DNA of 62,696 nt, taken from Girardia tigrina (lineage: Eukaryota). The notes below the pieces were generated by a model that was not told the DNA's origin, did no database searches, and saw only the letters and a program-made list of their open reading frames with translations. The stretch lies in contig MQRK01171274.1 in the NCBI GenBank assembly GCA_001938485.1, forward strand, positions 62,001-124,696, given 5' to 3'. Positions 43,959-59,500 of the stretch are shown piece after piece (within the stretch, counting starts at the first letter, position 1; each line of letters begins with the position of its first letter). Position numbers and translations under genes: made by a program.

Positions 43959-46787
43959 GTAAGATCTTATTGATTTGTCAATATCGCTAGAGAGAGTCTG
44001 TTTATGTTGTGCGCACTTGGTTATCGATCCCCATCGATTTGAGAGTGTAAATCGATGGAAATCCTATTTCTTTCTTTCTTCTGGACCGTAACCGTATTGC
44101 GCTAGGCGCACCCAATTATGCACTTTGTTGCCTTCGCCACATCTCTCTATTTAGGAGACGGTCGGAAGAGCGATAGTCAAAATAGCGACACGTTATAAAC
44201 CAACATCCAATGAATAATTTTTATGCTGATAATTATGTATATGCTGTACCGAATTCACTAACTATATGGACAATTTTCATTTTACAATGAAACTTTCTCA
44301 ATTTAAAATGATAGCTTATGTATTTAATATGATAAATTATCAATTCATTATGCAAATAGACTCCAAATGTAAAACTTTTATTCAGTTATTTAACCCTAAT
44401 GGGGCCGAAACTATTTCCTTTAGAAAAAATGAATTTTTGATATTAATTCTGGTTTATTATATCTAAATAACTTGTTCTACATTAAAAAATATTTTTTGTT
44501 TCATACGGTCTTTTTGTAATAGAGTGTCCTTTTAAAAGGACGGTGGCAACATAAGCTACACTTGGGAGTCGTCAAATTGATGTAAAAAATATTTGAGCAG
44601 TGTTCTTTTAAAAGGACGAGAGAGGTGGTTGCAACGTCTATATCAAAATTCATTTTCTTTTAAAACACCAAAATTTATTACTATAACAATTCACATTTCT
44701 AAAACAAATTTTCCTGTTAATTTAATTTAATTATCTCGACCCAAATTAATCCATTAAATTCTCTTCGATTTAATTTTTAAAATCCTGAAAATTTATTTCG
44801 AAAATTTATTTCAAAAAAATTATTTAAACTTTATTTTCAAAATCAATTTTTAAAATTGCTTATTAAAAATATTTTTATTTATAAATAAATATTTAATATG
44901 TTTGTTTTCTTGACATTTTTAATTTTAAGATATTTAATAGATACATTAAAGATATTTTTTATTTTTAAATAAATATTTTATTTTTTATGATTTTCTTTTA
45001 TTATATCATTTTTAATTTTTTAAAATATTTAATAAGCAAATTAACATAAAAATATTTTACCCTTTAAATTAAAAAATAATAAACTATTCAGGTGAGATAA
45101 AAATTTAAATTAACCCCTCATAGGCCCCATTCGGGTTAAACTTCTTCCTAGGTGGCAAGTTGAATTGCAAACGTGTTTATTTTTGAAACATTTTTTTCAT
45201 AATAAATTGATATTTTAATATTAAATCGATTATTTTTTTAATAATAATTACATATTTATATTTAGTTGAAAATTTTTCATATAAAATACATTCGGCGAGT
45301 CGGTTGCATGATTCGCGAATTCGGCAAAATTTTTACCTATAACGCTGTAAATTTGTTTTTCCTCGTTGCCACTGCTGTAGATCGTCAAATAAAAACGAAC
45401 TGTAGTTAAATTTTTATTGTATCAACAAATTTACCGCGTTATACGCTTCCATAAAACAATCATGTCTACATAATTGCCAGTATAAATAATTATTCATAAG
45501 ATCAGGGTTTTTTAATGCCATTTTAGGTGTACAATGTACACCCAAAAATTTGACTATTTATAAGTAAAGCATTGGTTCATTAAAATACACACACTGCTTT
45601 TCCACCCGCTCTCTCCCTCTCGCACATACCCTCTCCTACACAAGGTCATTTATAATTGTATACTTATTTAATAAGTATAAGACATTCTTTTGTTCTTAAT
45701 TTGTTTTCTGTAATTGTTTTTTATGAGAAATTCGTTCATATTTTATTTTAAAAATAAAATATTTATTTTTTAAATTTTTAAAATTAAATAATTGAAAAAT
45801 TAAAAATTTTTAATAAAATAAAATTGATTTTCATTTTTTTGAAAGATATAGCTAAAATTATCAAATAATAACTGAAAAGTTAATAAAAAATTAAGGACAA
45901 AACAATTTTTCCATCAAATTAAAATAATTTATTAAAAAAATTAAAAATGATGAATTTATAAACTAAAATATTAGAAACAAATTTCTCATAAAAAGACGCT
46001 TAAAAAGACAACAAAGATAATTTACGAAGTTATTGTCCAGACACAATTAGAGCTAAGTTATTTACATTGATTTATACTCTTAAACCGATGGGGACCAATA
46101 GCTAATTAATATTAATTTTAATATTAATATTAATTTTCTTTATTAAATTTAAAATATGCTTGTTATTTTCTTTTACATATTTTTTGTTATTTTTTTTATT
46201 TCATTTCATTGTTTTAATAAATTTATTTTAATTTTTCAAACATTTTTATTTAAAATTTTAATTATTATTTTAACTTTTCTATAATTTAATTTTTATTTTG
46301 TTCTGCATTTTTTAATTTAATTTTTTTATTATTTTAACTTGAATTTTTTAAAATTGTTTTTTATATATATTTTTAATTTTAATTATTTTAATTTTATTTA
46401 TATTATTTTAATTTAATTTTTTATTTTTAATTTTCTATTAGTATTTTATCGTATCTATTTTTCATTTCCCTTTGTATAGTATTTAATTTTTTTCTAATTT
46501 TAACTTAAGTTTTGTATTTATTAATTTCAATTTTCCTAATATTTTCATTTTAATTTTTCTATTAATTTGTAAAATTATTTGTGATAATTATAATTATTAT
46601 ATAGAAAAAAATTTATAAAAAATAAATAATCACTCCATTTTAAATTTGTTGGTACAATTGAATATTTTCTACTGATGCTTTTTATACCTTAGTTGTAATT
46701 TTTTCCATTCTTTTTATTAGCTTACTTTATATATATANNNNNNNNNNNNNNNNNNNNNNNNNNNNNNNNNNNNNNNNNNNNNNNNNN

Positions 46788-46820
<33 letters not shown>

Positions 46821-49800
46821 GCATGTGTGTGCGTATCCATGGAATTTAGAAACTTATTTTTGAAGGCTTTTTCAATCGATTTTCCTCAAACTTTGCACAT
46901 TTACTCATTCTCGATGCCAATAAATGATTATGTAAAAATTTAATCGAAAAAAACTTTTTAAAATCCCAAAATGAGAAAAAAACGGAAAATTTGGAGTTCC
47001 AGAACAATATTAATTGCAAGATATCTATTTATAAATTATAAGTAGTTTATATTACTTTTTATTGTTTTTTAATTAAAATTTTTTAAATTTTAATAACTTT
47101 GTTGGCAAAGTAAAGTTCTGTCTGCATAAAGAATGAATATAAAAAATTAAATTTTTTGATTTTCTAATTTTCAGAGTTTTTCAGGTTGAAATGGTATAAA
47201 TCATTTATACTACCTTGAAAAGTATTCCATCCTTAATTACTATTATCCGCGTATTACTATTATTAATTTCACTATCCGCGTGAAATTAGTTTCAAAATGT
47301 TAACTTAAAATTTAAAGAATATCTTGCACATAATAGAGCTTGTGGATTTCATCACAGGCTGCCTAGAAAATAATTTTGATGACGAAGTTTTATCTTGTAT
47401 GAGTTGGAACTGTCAGATATAATAATATTTATGCATAAATATCTCTACTGTTAAAAATTGTTAATTTTTTCGACTTCCTTATTTAAATTACATCAATTAA
47501 CTCTCAAAATTTTATTTGGCCATCTGATGGTGTACTAAATTAAATTCCGTTAAAAAACTAGACATTCAATACATTTAAATCCGGACAATCGAAGGTTGAT
47601 ATTCTAGTTGAAAATTCCATCAATCTTTAGAACAATCTTCAATTATAGTGGGATCATCTGCTGTCAAATGAGATTTAACATTGTCCTAATGCATGTATGT
47701 AGGGTTTGCCTTTAAAATTTCCGGATTTAATTTATGTTTTATAGACAAAATCATTTTTTCTTCTCTGTCAACAATTTCTACATTATTTACAGAAGATCCT
47801 CTTGAAAATTTTTTTGAATTTTTTGAATTCAGTAAGCAAACAAATGATCATATTATATATATAATACTCCCATAATTTAGTCAATCTACTCCATGTATTA
47901 AAGAGACAGGAACAAATAATTAACAAACATTTAACAGAAAATCATTGATTAAAGTGAATTTATTTCATTTCTCTTAAAAATTAAGCAAAAATACATCAAG
48001 CGCGATCATTCGATTATGGCAACTAACCATTGGCAGCTATCGATTGCCATTAACACATTTCTCTAATATTTTATTATTATCACATCGATCGGTATCAATA
48101 AACAGCATGAAAATATTGAAGTAGACCATTTAAATTGGAACTCACCTCGTGAACGAAATTCAGGAGCAAATTATAGGCTGAGCGAGTATTAAATAATGAC
48201 ATAAATTAATTTATTTATGAATTCTTAATCCATTTTACCTTTTCAGACAAAATTAAAACGTTAATTTTTATAATTTTTCACATTTTCTTTATTTAAATTT
48301 GAATGCACCACTAAGATAAAGTGGCAATATTGAATGATAATAAAATCAGTTCGAATAACGTGAAATGAAATTTTTGAAAAAAAAACACTTTATGGTTCGC
48401 TGGAACAAACACAATTTTAGCTAGTTGATTGGTGATTTTATTGCTGATTTTATTCCCGTTAATTCTAAAGGCGTTGCGGAATCAACTGATCGAAGAAGTG
48501 CAGCCTGAGATTAAGAAGTGGCAGAAGGAGCACTTCCACAAGGCGACAATACCGACTATACAGCAGTTCAAGGAAGTTAAGCAGCTTGAAACTGAATTTG
48601 AGTATACACAGAAACCGTGGAATAAAAAGTTGAAGAAAGCCAATTTATCGAAAAAGGAATATCATGCGGCATGTAAACAGGAGAAATCGCTCAATATTCA
48701 GTTGCAGAATGCCAAAAACGATTCAACACAAGCTCCAGAACAGGTTGGTTTGTTTGTTTGTTGTCTTAAGATTTGTTTTTAATTTAATTTAAAATACATT
48801 TTAATGTGATATTAGGCAAAAATTCATTAATATATCCAAACGTATGGGACTTTGTCAGACTGGTCTTCCAATCATATTACAGAGGCATACATGATTTAAG
48901 GTTACAAAATCTCTAAACTTGTATAAAAATAAAAAAAATTAATAAGACAAAATTATTTACTTGAAATAAGGTACCTTATAGGTTTCATTTTCCTCCAGTG
49001 CGGTTCCATAATGTTCAAAACCGTTTGGAAGAAATTTTAAACTTTTTATTGCAAATGAAACGAACCTACGACAATAGCGTTCTCCTGTCAAATTAGTCAG
49101 CTCTACTCCAGTAATTTTATACTTTTATTTGTTCTGAAAAGTGTATCTTTTGTATAAGATTTATAAGTTTCTTCTTTGCTCTGTGTAATGATTTCTGATA
49201 ACTCTTAAATTTTTGAATTTTTGATTAAAGATAAAAAAACATTTTAAATTAATATTTAATTATAAAAGTAAAAATAGAAATTTATTTTAAAATGCCTTAT
49301 AAAGTTTCAATATTAATAATATTTAAAAATGTTTTAGATCAAATTTGAAATAATAAAACTCGTAATTAAATAGATTAAAAAACGAATTAAATTTAAAATA
49401 ATCAAATTAATGAAATAGATTTGAAAACCAATATTTTAATAGAATTTATTAAACTTTAAAAATAAATACAAACTGAAAAAAAACTAAATATGATAAATTT
49501 TAATGAAATGTAATAAATGATTATTCAAAAGAAAATACAATTGTTAAAAAAATCAATTAAATACAAAAATTCATATAAAATATTTGAAGTTCATCATAGT
49601 TTTTAAATTAAAAAATAATTAAAGTCAATATAAAATTTTAAAAATAATTAATTAACATATTTTTATTTATAATTATTTTGATATTTTTGGTTTGTGCAAG
49701 AAAAATTAAAAATCGTTCCTCAGAAATTTACTTAGAAAAAATTATTTAAATAATATGTTTATTGTTGTTAAAAAATAATATTTCGATAATGTCTGAATTG

Positions 49801-50410
49801 TCATCTGAAAACAATACCGAGTCTTACACTCTGCTTTGCGTAAAAGTAAGAATCGAACGACTCTTCGCATCTATTATTCAATAAACCAATACTAGGTATA
49901 TCAAGCGATGTATTCATATTTTAGTTCTTCTAGTTTTAAAGTTTTCATTGCAGATGTAATTATTTGTAAGACTTACCACATATTTGCGTGTATTTATTTA
50001 TATAAATATTTGGCGAATATATTTGATTGTAGGCGGCCTTCGGTTATTTTACAAAGAAATATAAATTAATATTTTATTCAATAATATATTGTCGATTTTG
50101 TTATCAATGATCTGTTGTCATTTGGCAAGCAGTTTCATCAATCAAGTTTTTGAAGACTTCTAATTGTTCTCCCCCAAATAATCTTGTCAAGTGCGATTTT
50201 ATTATTATTAACCGAAGAGAATGTCCTATCTGACCAGACGTGTCGCAGTAAATTAAGGTCTCATAGCGTCATCTCAAGACTTGATCGTGTATGTGGTAAC
50301 AAATACAAATTTAAAATCAAGCTCTAACAATTCATTTATTTTGTATTTTTCTGATAAAAAGCTTTATTCAATTTCTGATCGGCATTAGTCGTCTATTTCA
50401 ATTAGAAGCG

Positions 50411-50442
<32 letters not shown>

Positions 50443-50492
50443 NNNNNNNNNNNNNNNNNNNNNNNNNNNNNNNNNNNNNNNNNNNNNNNNNN

Positions 50493-50556
<64 letters not shown>

Positions 50557-53500
50557 AAATTATTACATTGTAGTTCATTTTTTTGGCTCATCAGTACTGT
50601 ACATTATTAAGAACATTTAGACAAGTCTCGTTTGAATTTTTATTACAATCACATTTAGAGTCATTATGACTCTTTCTTGAATTCTTTCATGGTTTGTCAT
50701 CGTTCTAATTGGTTTTCTTATTTCTCTTTTAATCATGATTATTCGAACAATTTTTCTAAGTCATTTTTTATTAATATTAATTAAAAATAATAATTTTTAC
50801 CATTTCTCGATAAATCCCAAAATAATAAAAATGTTATCAAATTATTAAAAATGCATTTAATTTAAATTTTATTAAAAATATTAAACTTAATTTTAATAGT
50901 TCAATTAAAAAATATGAACTTATAAAAAGATTATTTTAATTATGTTCGAATCGTCAATCACTTTAAATTTAATAAAAAATGCCAATTTCCATCTGGGTGG
51001 GAGAATCACCATTCTAAATTCAACATACTTAAATCAACACACAGCATCCACACATTTACACATTCAAACAAATTAAAATATTACTCACACACATAATGCA
51101 AACATCTTTTTAAAAAATAGATTTGATTACGTTTATAAATCGAACCAGATACATCTTTAAAACTTGTGTGACACTCACATTAAGTTTTGTTACTTAATTG
51201 AACTAACTAACCCATAGAATAAAAATAACAATCCTAATATTATTTTTTTAATTATTTCACCTGTTCTAAACAATTGTTCTTTTATCAGAACACTAAGTAA
51301 CTTTACTCTTACTTTGTTGACGGTCTGTGTGTTAATATTTTATACAATTTAACCTCCGTAACTTTCATTTATTATTTTCTATATTATATTTTTTTCATTT
51401 GTCATAATATTAATTTATTCTTTTTTTTCATTATAATAGTAATTCAAGTCTTTATATTTTATCATTCTTTTTACTTTTTTGACAAATTTATTTAATAAAT
51501 AAAATTTAATCGAAATTAAAGTTAATTATTAATTCAATTAAAAAATAAAATATATTTTCTGTCAAATATCGAAGTCCAAGAACAATGCCAATGAACTTGA
51601 CGACGAAAATATTTTTGGAAATGTAATAAAATAAAATCAATAAAAAATTAAGTTAAACCGTGAAACTTATTTTTGTTAAAAAATTTAAATTGACTAAAGA
51701 AACTGTTAACTATTTAATATTAGGTTATAAAGTAGGAAATGGAACAAACATTTAATATTTGATAATGATTGCATATAATTCAACTTTGCGATATCTTTCA
51801 TATAAAGTTGTTGTAGTTTTGTTTTGTAGACACATCTTTCCTCTTTCAGAATCAATATTGGTATACATTTTTTTCTTTCGGGGATCCGAAATACGACAAA
51901 CAGTGGTTTTAAAACGTGACGGTAGCTCCTTACTTTAAAAGATGTCGTTTTAGCAATATCGACATGTCCAATGAACCACTTGGTCGACGTCATGAGACTC
52001 AGGGGACAATAATAGCAGGAGATTCTAGCAAAAGTGCACATGTTATTATTTAACACAAATCGGAGAAAACCAAACCACTTTTTATGAATCATGTACGACC
52101 ATAGTATGTGACTGAACCTAACTCAACCACCATGACATCATCAAAAGAAGAAAATCAGTCACGGTGAATGACTACTGCAAGGAACTGGATGATATGATGA
52201 GAAATATTGTGATTAAACATTCGAAATTGGTTAATTTATTAGCTTTTATCCTCTTACTAAACACTCAACTTCACACCTCATAAATGACCTTGCGAAAGGT
52301 ACAGCAGTTGGAATAAAAATTCTATGTCACCAATCATAAACTTCCAAGATGAGGTTATCATTTTTTCTTGTGTGGAAAAATAAAATATCCATAGAAAGAT
52401 CTTTCTTCAGTTAATCGGTTCCCGGTAACGTAGTGTACACAGCAAAATGATAAACAATCAGTCTTTGAAATGGTAAAAGAGTGTCGATGATACTGGTGTA
52501 AATTTGATTAAAAATATGAAGCTTTTATCCGAAAAAAATGTAATTTGATTTTACTAAATTGTGCTCCATTTCATATTGGACAACTCCAAATATTCAAGTA
52601 TCGGTTTTTGTTAAAAAAGAAAATATCTATTTAAATCGATAAAAATGACATTTTTTTACTTTAAAAATCGAATGGAGTTTTTAATGAGCTCGGATAACTT
52701 GATCAAAATAACTTGTGAATTGCTTGGTCGGGTATCTCATGGTTGAGTGGATAATTAATTAATGTGGTATTGATTGAACTAAGACTTTTATTTGGTTATT
52801 CTCTCGATCAATCGTCTCGCTATGAACCAGTCGCGATAAGTCGATCAATCAGACGAAGCGTGGCATTCTTGAGCGGCATCATCAAGTGCTCTTTTTATCA
52901 ATGAAACAGTGATATCTTCCGCGACAGGAAATGCGCTATCTCTCTCTGTTTGTCTTTTGTGTTTTGTTTTGATAAATGCGACACAAAACAAACATCTATC
53001 ACACACTTGAGTGTTTACCTCGAATAGAATGATAATCATAATTAGATGCATCAATTATCGATTATTCGAATAAGAAACTGAATACTTATGGGTGACGTCA
53101 CCTAATCGCGATGGATAATCAATAAAACTTATCAATATCAACAACAACAACAATAATAATAATAGCGGATCATTGATCTATATCGATTGATATAAATTAT
53201 CGAATATCTGTTTGTGCACCGAATAGGTAGACGTTTTCAACCCATTTCTATGGTTACGTGAATTAATTTATTTAATTTACAGATTCACATACACACGAGT
53301 CTTAATTTGATTTATTTGGATAAAAATAATGATAAATAACTAGGTATATTTCACATCTAAGTGTCATTGCAATGGCAGGTATAGTTGTCAGATCAAGAAG
53401 GATTCACTTTCAATCCACTCAAAATTATAATACGATTTTTTGAGAAATAACCGGTCTGTTTGTCCTGGTCTCTGTATCCCAGGTCTGTTTGTCCTGGTCC

Positions 53501-56500
53501 CTGCATCCGTGGTCTGCCACACCAAGATCTGTTCTAAACCGAGCATACCATGGTCTCTTCATATCTGGTCTATTTATATCAAAATAATTAAAGTCATTAT
53601 TTTTTTGTTTTTTATTACTTTATTTCTTGCTTACTTGTTTCTTTTCTTTTTTTATTGTTTTCTTCATTATCTATAAGAGTTTAACAATTTTTCGAGAAAG
53701 AAAACAGTACTATTGAACATAAAATGAGATTCGTCTACATAGACTCTAGGTTCGAACTACTTTATTCGTTCTCTCAGCATTATGTGTATATAAGGGGTTA
53801 GTTTCAATTTAAGTTTCGCCAAAATAGTTTTTTATTTTTTAATTTGAATATTTAAAGGAAATAAATTAAAAAACTGAAATGTAGAGTAAAAATATGATAA
53901 AATAAATACTTATTTAAAATATGCTTACAGTAATAACAATTGATATATTTTAATAAAATTTATGAAATAAGTTTAAATAAATTTTAAAATAAATAATTAA
54001 CGGATTAATATTTTAAGAAATAATTTTTTTAATAAAATAGTTTATTAAATTTAAATTTAATTTAAATTTAATAAATTTAATTTAATTAAATTTAAATTTA
54101 GTAAATTTAAATTAATTAGTTTTTATGATAAAGTTTCGTAAATTAATTTAAAGTTTAAATTTCGCAAAAATTTTCGTAAAAAAATGTAAAATAATTTAAG
54201 GTTTACATTTCGTAAAAGTTCGTAAAAAAATGTAAAATAATTTAAGGTTTACATTTCGTAAAAGTTCGTAAAAAAATGTAAAATAATTTAAAGTTGAAAT
54301 TTCGTAAATTTTCAAAATTTAATCGAAAAATTTAATGAATTAATTTTGGGCGAAATAATTGAATTATTAAGAAATGGAACTTATCAACTTGTTAATGGTA
54401 AAAGGAATTCACAGAGTGAATGCATCATTGTTCATTTAATCCCAGCAAGTCACACTTGGGTTTAGTTTTATCGTTATTTTAATTTTAATTACCGGTTTCA
54501 TTTTCTGCAATTTAAGTGACATTTTATATACAAAATATTTACAATTTTTTAAAACTACTTATGTAATACATCGAACATAAAATTTGTTTGGACGTTGATG
54601 ACATTTTACTGTTTAATAATGTGGATTTTCTTAATTATGTTGCAGAAAGTTGTTTTATGACAAGAATTCCAGCTGTTATATTATGAGCAATGTTGAGAAA
54701 TGTTGAACAATATAATGAATAATATCGTTTTCTGTTGAGTTCATCTAATATCAAATGACACCGAATAAAAAATATTAATCATTTGTTATTGTTATTTGAG
54801 TATTAAGAATACTTATTAGTGTAAAAAAGGTTAATCGAAAAATTCTAAATGAACTTAATATGAACTTAGATTGTCAATATTTATATTGAACCAACATTAA
54901 AAGGGGTCAACCGACGAAAGATCAAATACGATTATCATTTACTTTTTATAAGTTGTGAAATTTAAGAAATTTATTGATTTATATATGTGATTCCCAACCT
55001 GGGTGCCGCGAGCGTCTGAAAAGGGTGCCACGAGCGTCTGAAAAGGGTGCCGCGAGCTCGTGAGATGTACGAAATTATAAAATAATATAATATGTATTAC
55101 ACAAATATTATAATATATAATATATAAAATAAATGAAAAAATGAAATTGTACAAAAAATATCTATAAATATAGAAGAAATATTTAAATTACTTTTACTTT
55201 CAATTCATTGCTAAATAATAACACTCAGTAAATCCCTGATATGGACATGTCGTAAGAATGTCCAGTGCATTGGAAAGTAGAAGCATAGTGTATATCACGA
55301 CAGCGACTGTTAGTTATGCTTATGTTGACATCCATAATAAAAGTTTTTCAAAAAACAATAATATAAATACTTATTGATTACATTTCAAACAAATTTTCAT
55401 TTACCATTTTCACTTCACTTATATCCAAACGTTTACAATTTCAATCAACCTTTATAATTAGGGCAACCGGGTGGCAAAAAGTTGTAATTTTTGCAACTTT
55501 TTCGGTTGGCCTCTATAACTCTAATAAATTTCAATACATTTTTTATGTAATTACTTTTAAAAAATTTATTTTAAAAAATTTTAAAAAATATGGTATGTGA
55601 TTAATATGTTTGTTTCTAATAAGAACAATCGCCATTTTTTGGGAGGGTGTGGGTGCCGCGATATTTTAAAATTGCTTATTGGGGTGTCGCAAAATTTTAA
55701 AATTGTACAGTGGGATGCCGCCACCTGAAAAGGTTGGGAAACACTGATTTATATAATAATGTTGTTTTTATTTACTAATTAGTATATGTTTTTATTATTA
55801 TCACTATAACTACATCTGTGTATTCTCCAGAAATATTTAAGTATCTAAAATCAAAAGTTCTTGAAAAGAATTATAATTAAAAATATTTTTAATTAATTTT
55901 AAAAAGTAATTTTCAAAAATAAATTAATGAAATTTTATTTGCTAAAATGCAATTTTTAAAAATAGATAATTTTTTTAAATATTTAAGCTAGTTGAAATGT
56001 TGCAAATTAAAAAATTATTTGCTAAATAATTAAGTTTTAAAAATTTTTTATTTTTATAAAAATAAAAAATCTCTAATTTTAAAAAAAGTTTTTTTTTTAA
56101 TTTTTTTTAATTTTTTTGTAAAATTTTTTTTTAAATTAATGAAATTTTATGTGCTAAAAATAGAATTTTTTAAATATAAGCAACCATTAGAAATTGTAGT
56201 AGATTTAAATATTGTAAATTAATTTTTGAGATGTTAGAAATGGTTTTTAATATAAATATTGAAGTGTAACTCTGAAATTATAAATTGTAATAGAATAATA
56301 AACTATTTAAATATGGTAAATTAAGTTTGTAGGTAAATTATAAAAATGTTAAAAAATGGGTTTTAAAGGGGGTAAAATGAATGTGATTAAAAAATTAATA
56401 AATTCAATTTGAAAAATAACAATTTAATAAATAACATATCAGTATTTATAATTCAGTATTTTTACGTATAATCAATCTGATCGGAAAGAAAACAAAATAA

Positions 56501-59500
56501 AAGTTCCTCAACAAAAAATTGTTTGAATAATTATTAATTGTTATAAAAATAAAGTTTTGCATTTTAATTAATTCTATTCTTTACCAAGAAGCCAACACAA
56601 ATTTTATTAATTATGCGATATTTTTATATTTTATTTATTTAAGATTAAATTTTTATTATTTAAAATTAAATTTGTCGTAATAGATTATCAACGAAAATTT
56701 TTGTCTAAGTATGGCGCATTTTGAGAAGAAATATATAATTTGGAAGTAACGCTCCTCGCAAAATATTTTTAACAATTAACCCCCAATTTGTAAAACAAGT
56801 GATAATTTAATCAGAAAGTTCGAATCGGTTGGATCAATCCTTAACATACATAATGAAGGTAGACATAAAATAGTTACTACATTTAAAAGTATTGAAAAGT
56901 TTTCGTCATTCATAGGTCAGCAACTGACTACCTTCAGTCAAAGATTTTGAAGAAGAATAATTTTTTTCATGAGATGTTTAAATGAATTAATAAGAAGATA
57001 TACGATTTAAATCTTTCAAACCTTGCTTTATTCACAAATTGTAAAAGGATGACCCTGATCGCAAAACTAAATTCTTTGACATTTTTATGGAACTTTCTTT
57101 TAATTATGAATGCATATTTAAACGCATTTGATGAACTGATTAAGCTACTTTTACTCATAAGCGAACCGTTTATAGGCATTATTGTGTCTAAGATTTATGG
57201 AAAACTATACCGAGTCGAACAGAAGAGGATTTAATTTCCAGGTTTGATTGGTTTTTGGTGCCATTTCGTATAAAAGAGGACCTATCGAGTGCCTTCCTAG
57301 ATTATCTGAAATGGCCCATTGTGATTTTTATCTAGATGGTTACCTAAAATATCTTGTTTATAGTAAAAAGACAAGATTGGTTCGCATTGAAAGAAAATAA
57401 TAAACAAGCATTTCGATAAATTCTGTCCATAAAGCTTTTTCAAGTAACAAATCAGAATAGACAGGATCGGAATGACTTGATAGTAGTGCATATTAAGAAT
57501 ATTAAAATATTTTCCGACATTTTTGAATTATCTTCAGGACAATAATTAAAAAAATCGTAGTTATACACTTTTCGAATACATTTATAACTATATTCAGTTA
57601 TCTGAATCAATTTAACATATAAATACCCTTTAAAAATATTAACTAGAAAATTCATTGATTAAAATTAAAATTAATATTAATTATTTAAAAAATTTTAATT
57701 TGATTTATTAGTTAAGAAAATTTTAAATAAAAATAATTAAATTATATCTCTCATCATTTTAAAACATTTGGTACAAACATTACCATTTTTAAACATTTGG
57801 GCAATTTTTAAGGGAAAAGATTTACCAAATACGGAACCAGCCCAACATATCTTCAATGAATTCATCGCCTTGAGAATTTCAGATTTTTACGTTACACGAA
57901 TAAATAAACTTCTATCTCATTTGCAAAAATGTATCGGTTATAATGGTTTTATTTTATTAATTGTAAAAATTATTTTTTATTATTTTAAAGTTAACCCTTC
58001 AAAGTCGTCATTATTTTCATACACATCACATATAAAATAACTAATGTTGTATGTTGGCAATGATAACTCATTAAAAATTCTAAAATTTAAAGCAATAATT
58101 GAAAAGAATTAAGCTTCACAGCAATTGCCATTGTTATCAAATAGGCTTTAAATAAATATCCTGTTTGATCTGTGTAAATGGTTATATGATCCAGTTCTTC
58201 CAAATTTCGCATATTTGAATCATAGTGTAGTTGTTGATCGAGCAACACAAAGGTTTGGTTATTGATTCGCATTTGACTTGTTTTACGTCTAATAAATTTA
58301 GTTCTGAAATGATCTAATGAAAATATTTATTTAAATAATGATCAAAATTTAATAAAAATATATTTGAATCACATTAAAAATCATTTAATCAGTCTGATTA
58401 ATTCTATAATAGCCCAAAATATTTATTCTATCATAATAAAGTTTATCAATGAATCATCAGTTTACATGATCATCGGAGACCGAATAGTTGTTTAAAATTA
58501 TATTTAAATTCATTAAAATATTTATTAATCATATTAGTTTGAATTATTTTAAAAATAAAAAAAAATCAATTTATATTTAAAATATAACGAAATTATCATT
58601 TTTCAATTAAAAATAGAAAATGAGTTAAATTCAGAGTTTATTAATAAAATTATCATTTAAAAATTGTTTTTATTTGCATAAATGAACAAAATAATTAAGA
58701 CAATTGTGAGGAATATTTTAATTTGTTTGAATGTGTAAATGTATGGATGCGGTATGTTGATTTAAGTATGTTGAATTTAGAATGGTGATTCTCTCACCTA
58801 GATGGAAATTGGTATTTTTTATTTAAATTTAAAGTGATTGACTATTCGAACATAATTAAAATAATAATTTGAAAGCTTTATATTTTTAAAATTAATTAAA
58901 ATTAAGTTTAATATTTAAAAAAAGCAAAGCATTTATATAGATGTAAATAAAACTAATAAAATTTAAATTAAATTCATTTTTAACAATTTAATAACATTTT
59001 TTTATTATGTTTATTTATTATTAAGAAATGGTTAAAATTTTTATTTTTAATTAATATTTTTAGAAATTAAATATTTTAAAAAGATTCTGAAAAATTGTTC
59101 GAAAAATCATGATTAAAAATAGTAATAAAAAACCAATTAGAGCGAGGTCAAACGGTGAACGATCTTCCGAGAGTTGTGATTACACTAAAGGTGATAATAA
59201 TAAAAATTCTAATGAAAATTGTCTCAATGTTCATAACAACTATTATTCTTTATATATTATGTTTTGGTTCTTAATGAAAACAATACAGTGAATTTATGTT
59301 TCTTTTTATTGTCTGTTTACGACTTAAGTTTTACTAACCATACATGCTCTACATATTTCTACGAACGGCGGTCCATTTGACGGATTACTTATTTTACAGT
59401 CAATTATTTTAATTTCTCGAAATAACACAATTGGAATATGAATGAATAAGGAAAGCAAAAATTACATAAATTATGATTGTTTAGCTCAATTTGCATGAGC

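Noticed and set aside
53452-53570. GGTCTGTTTGTCCTGGTC short repeats
   Set aside because: Probably a transposon subterminal remnant; no partner end or TSD found.
56940-57260. Possible CR1/L2 LINE 3' end on the minus strand
   Set aside because: Only a weak GHP-like resemblance, too degenerate to call.
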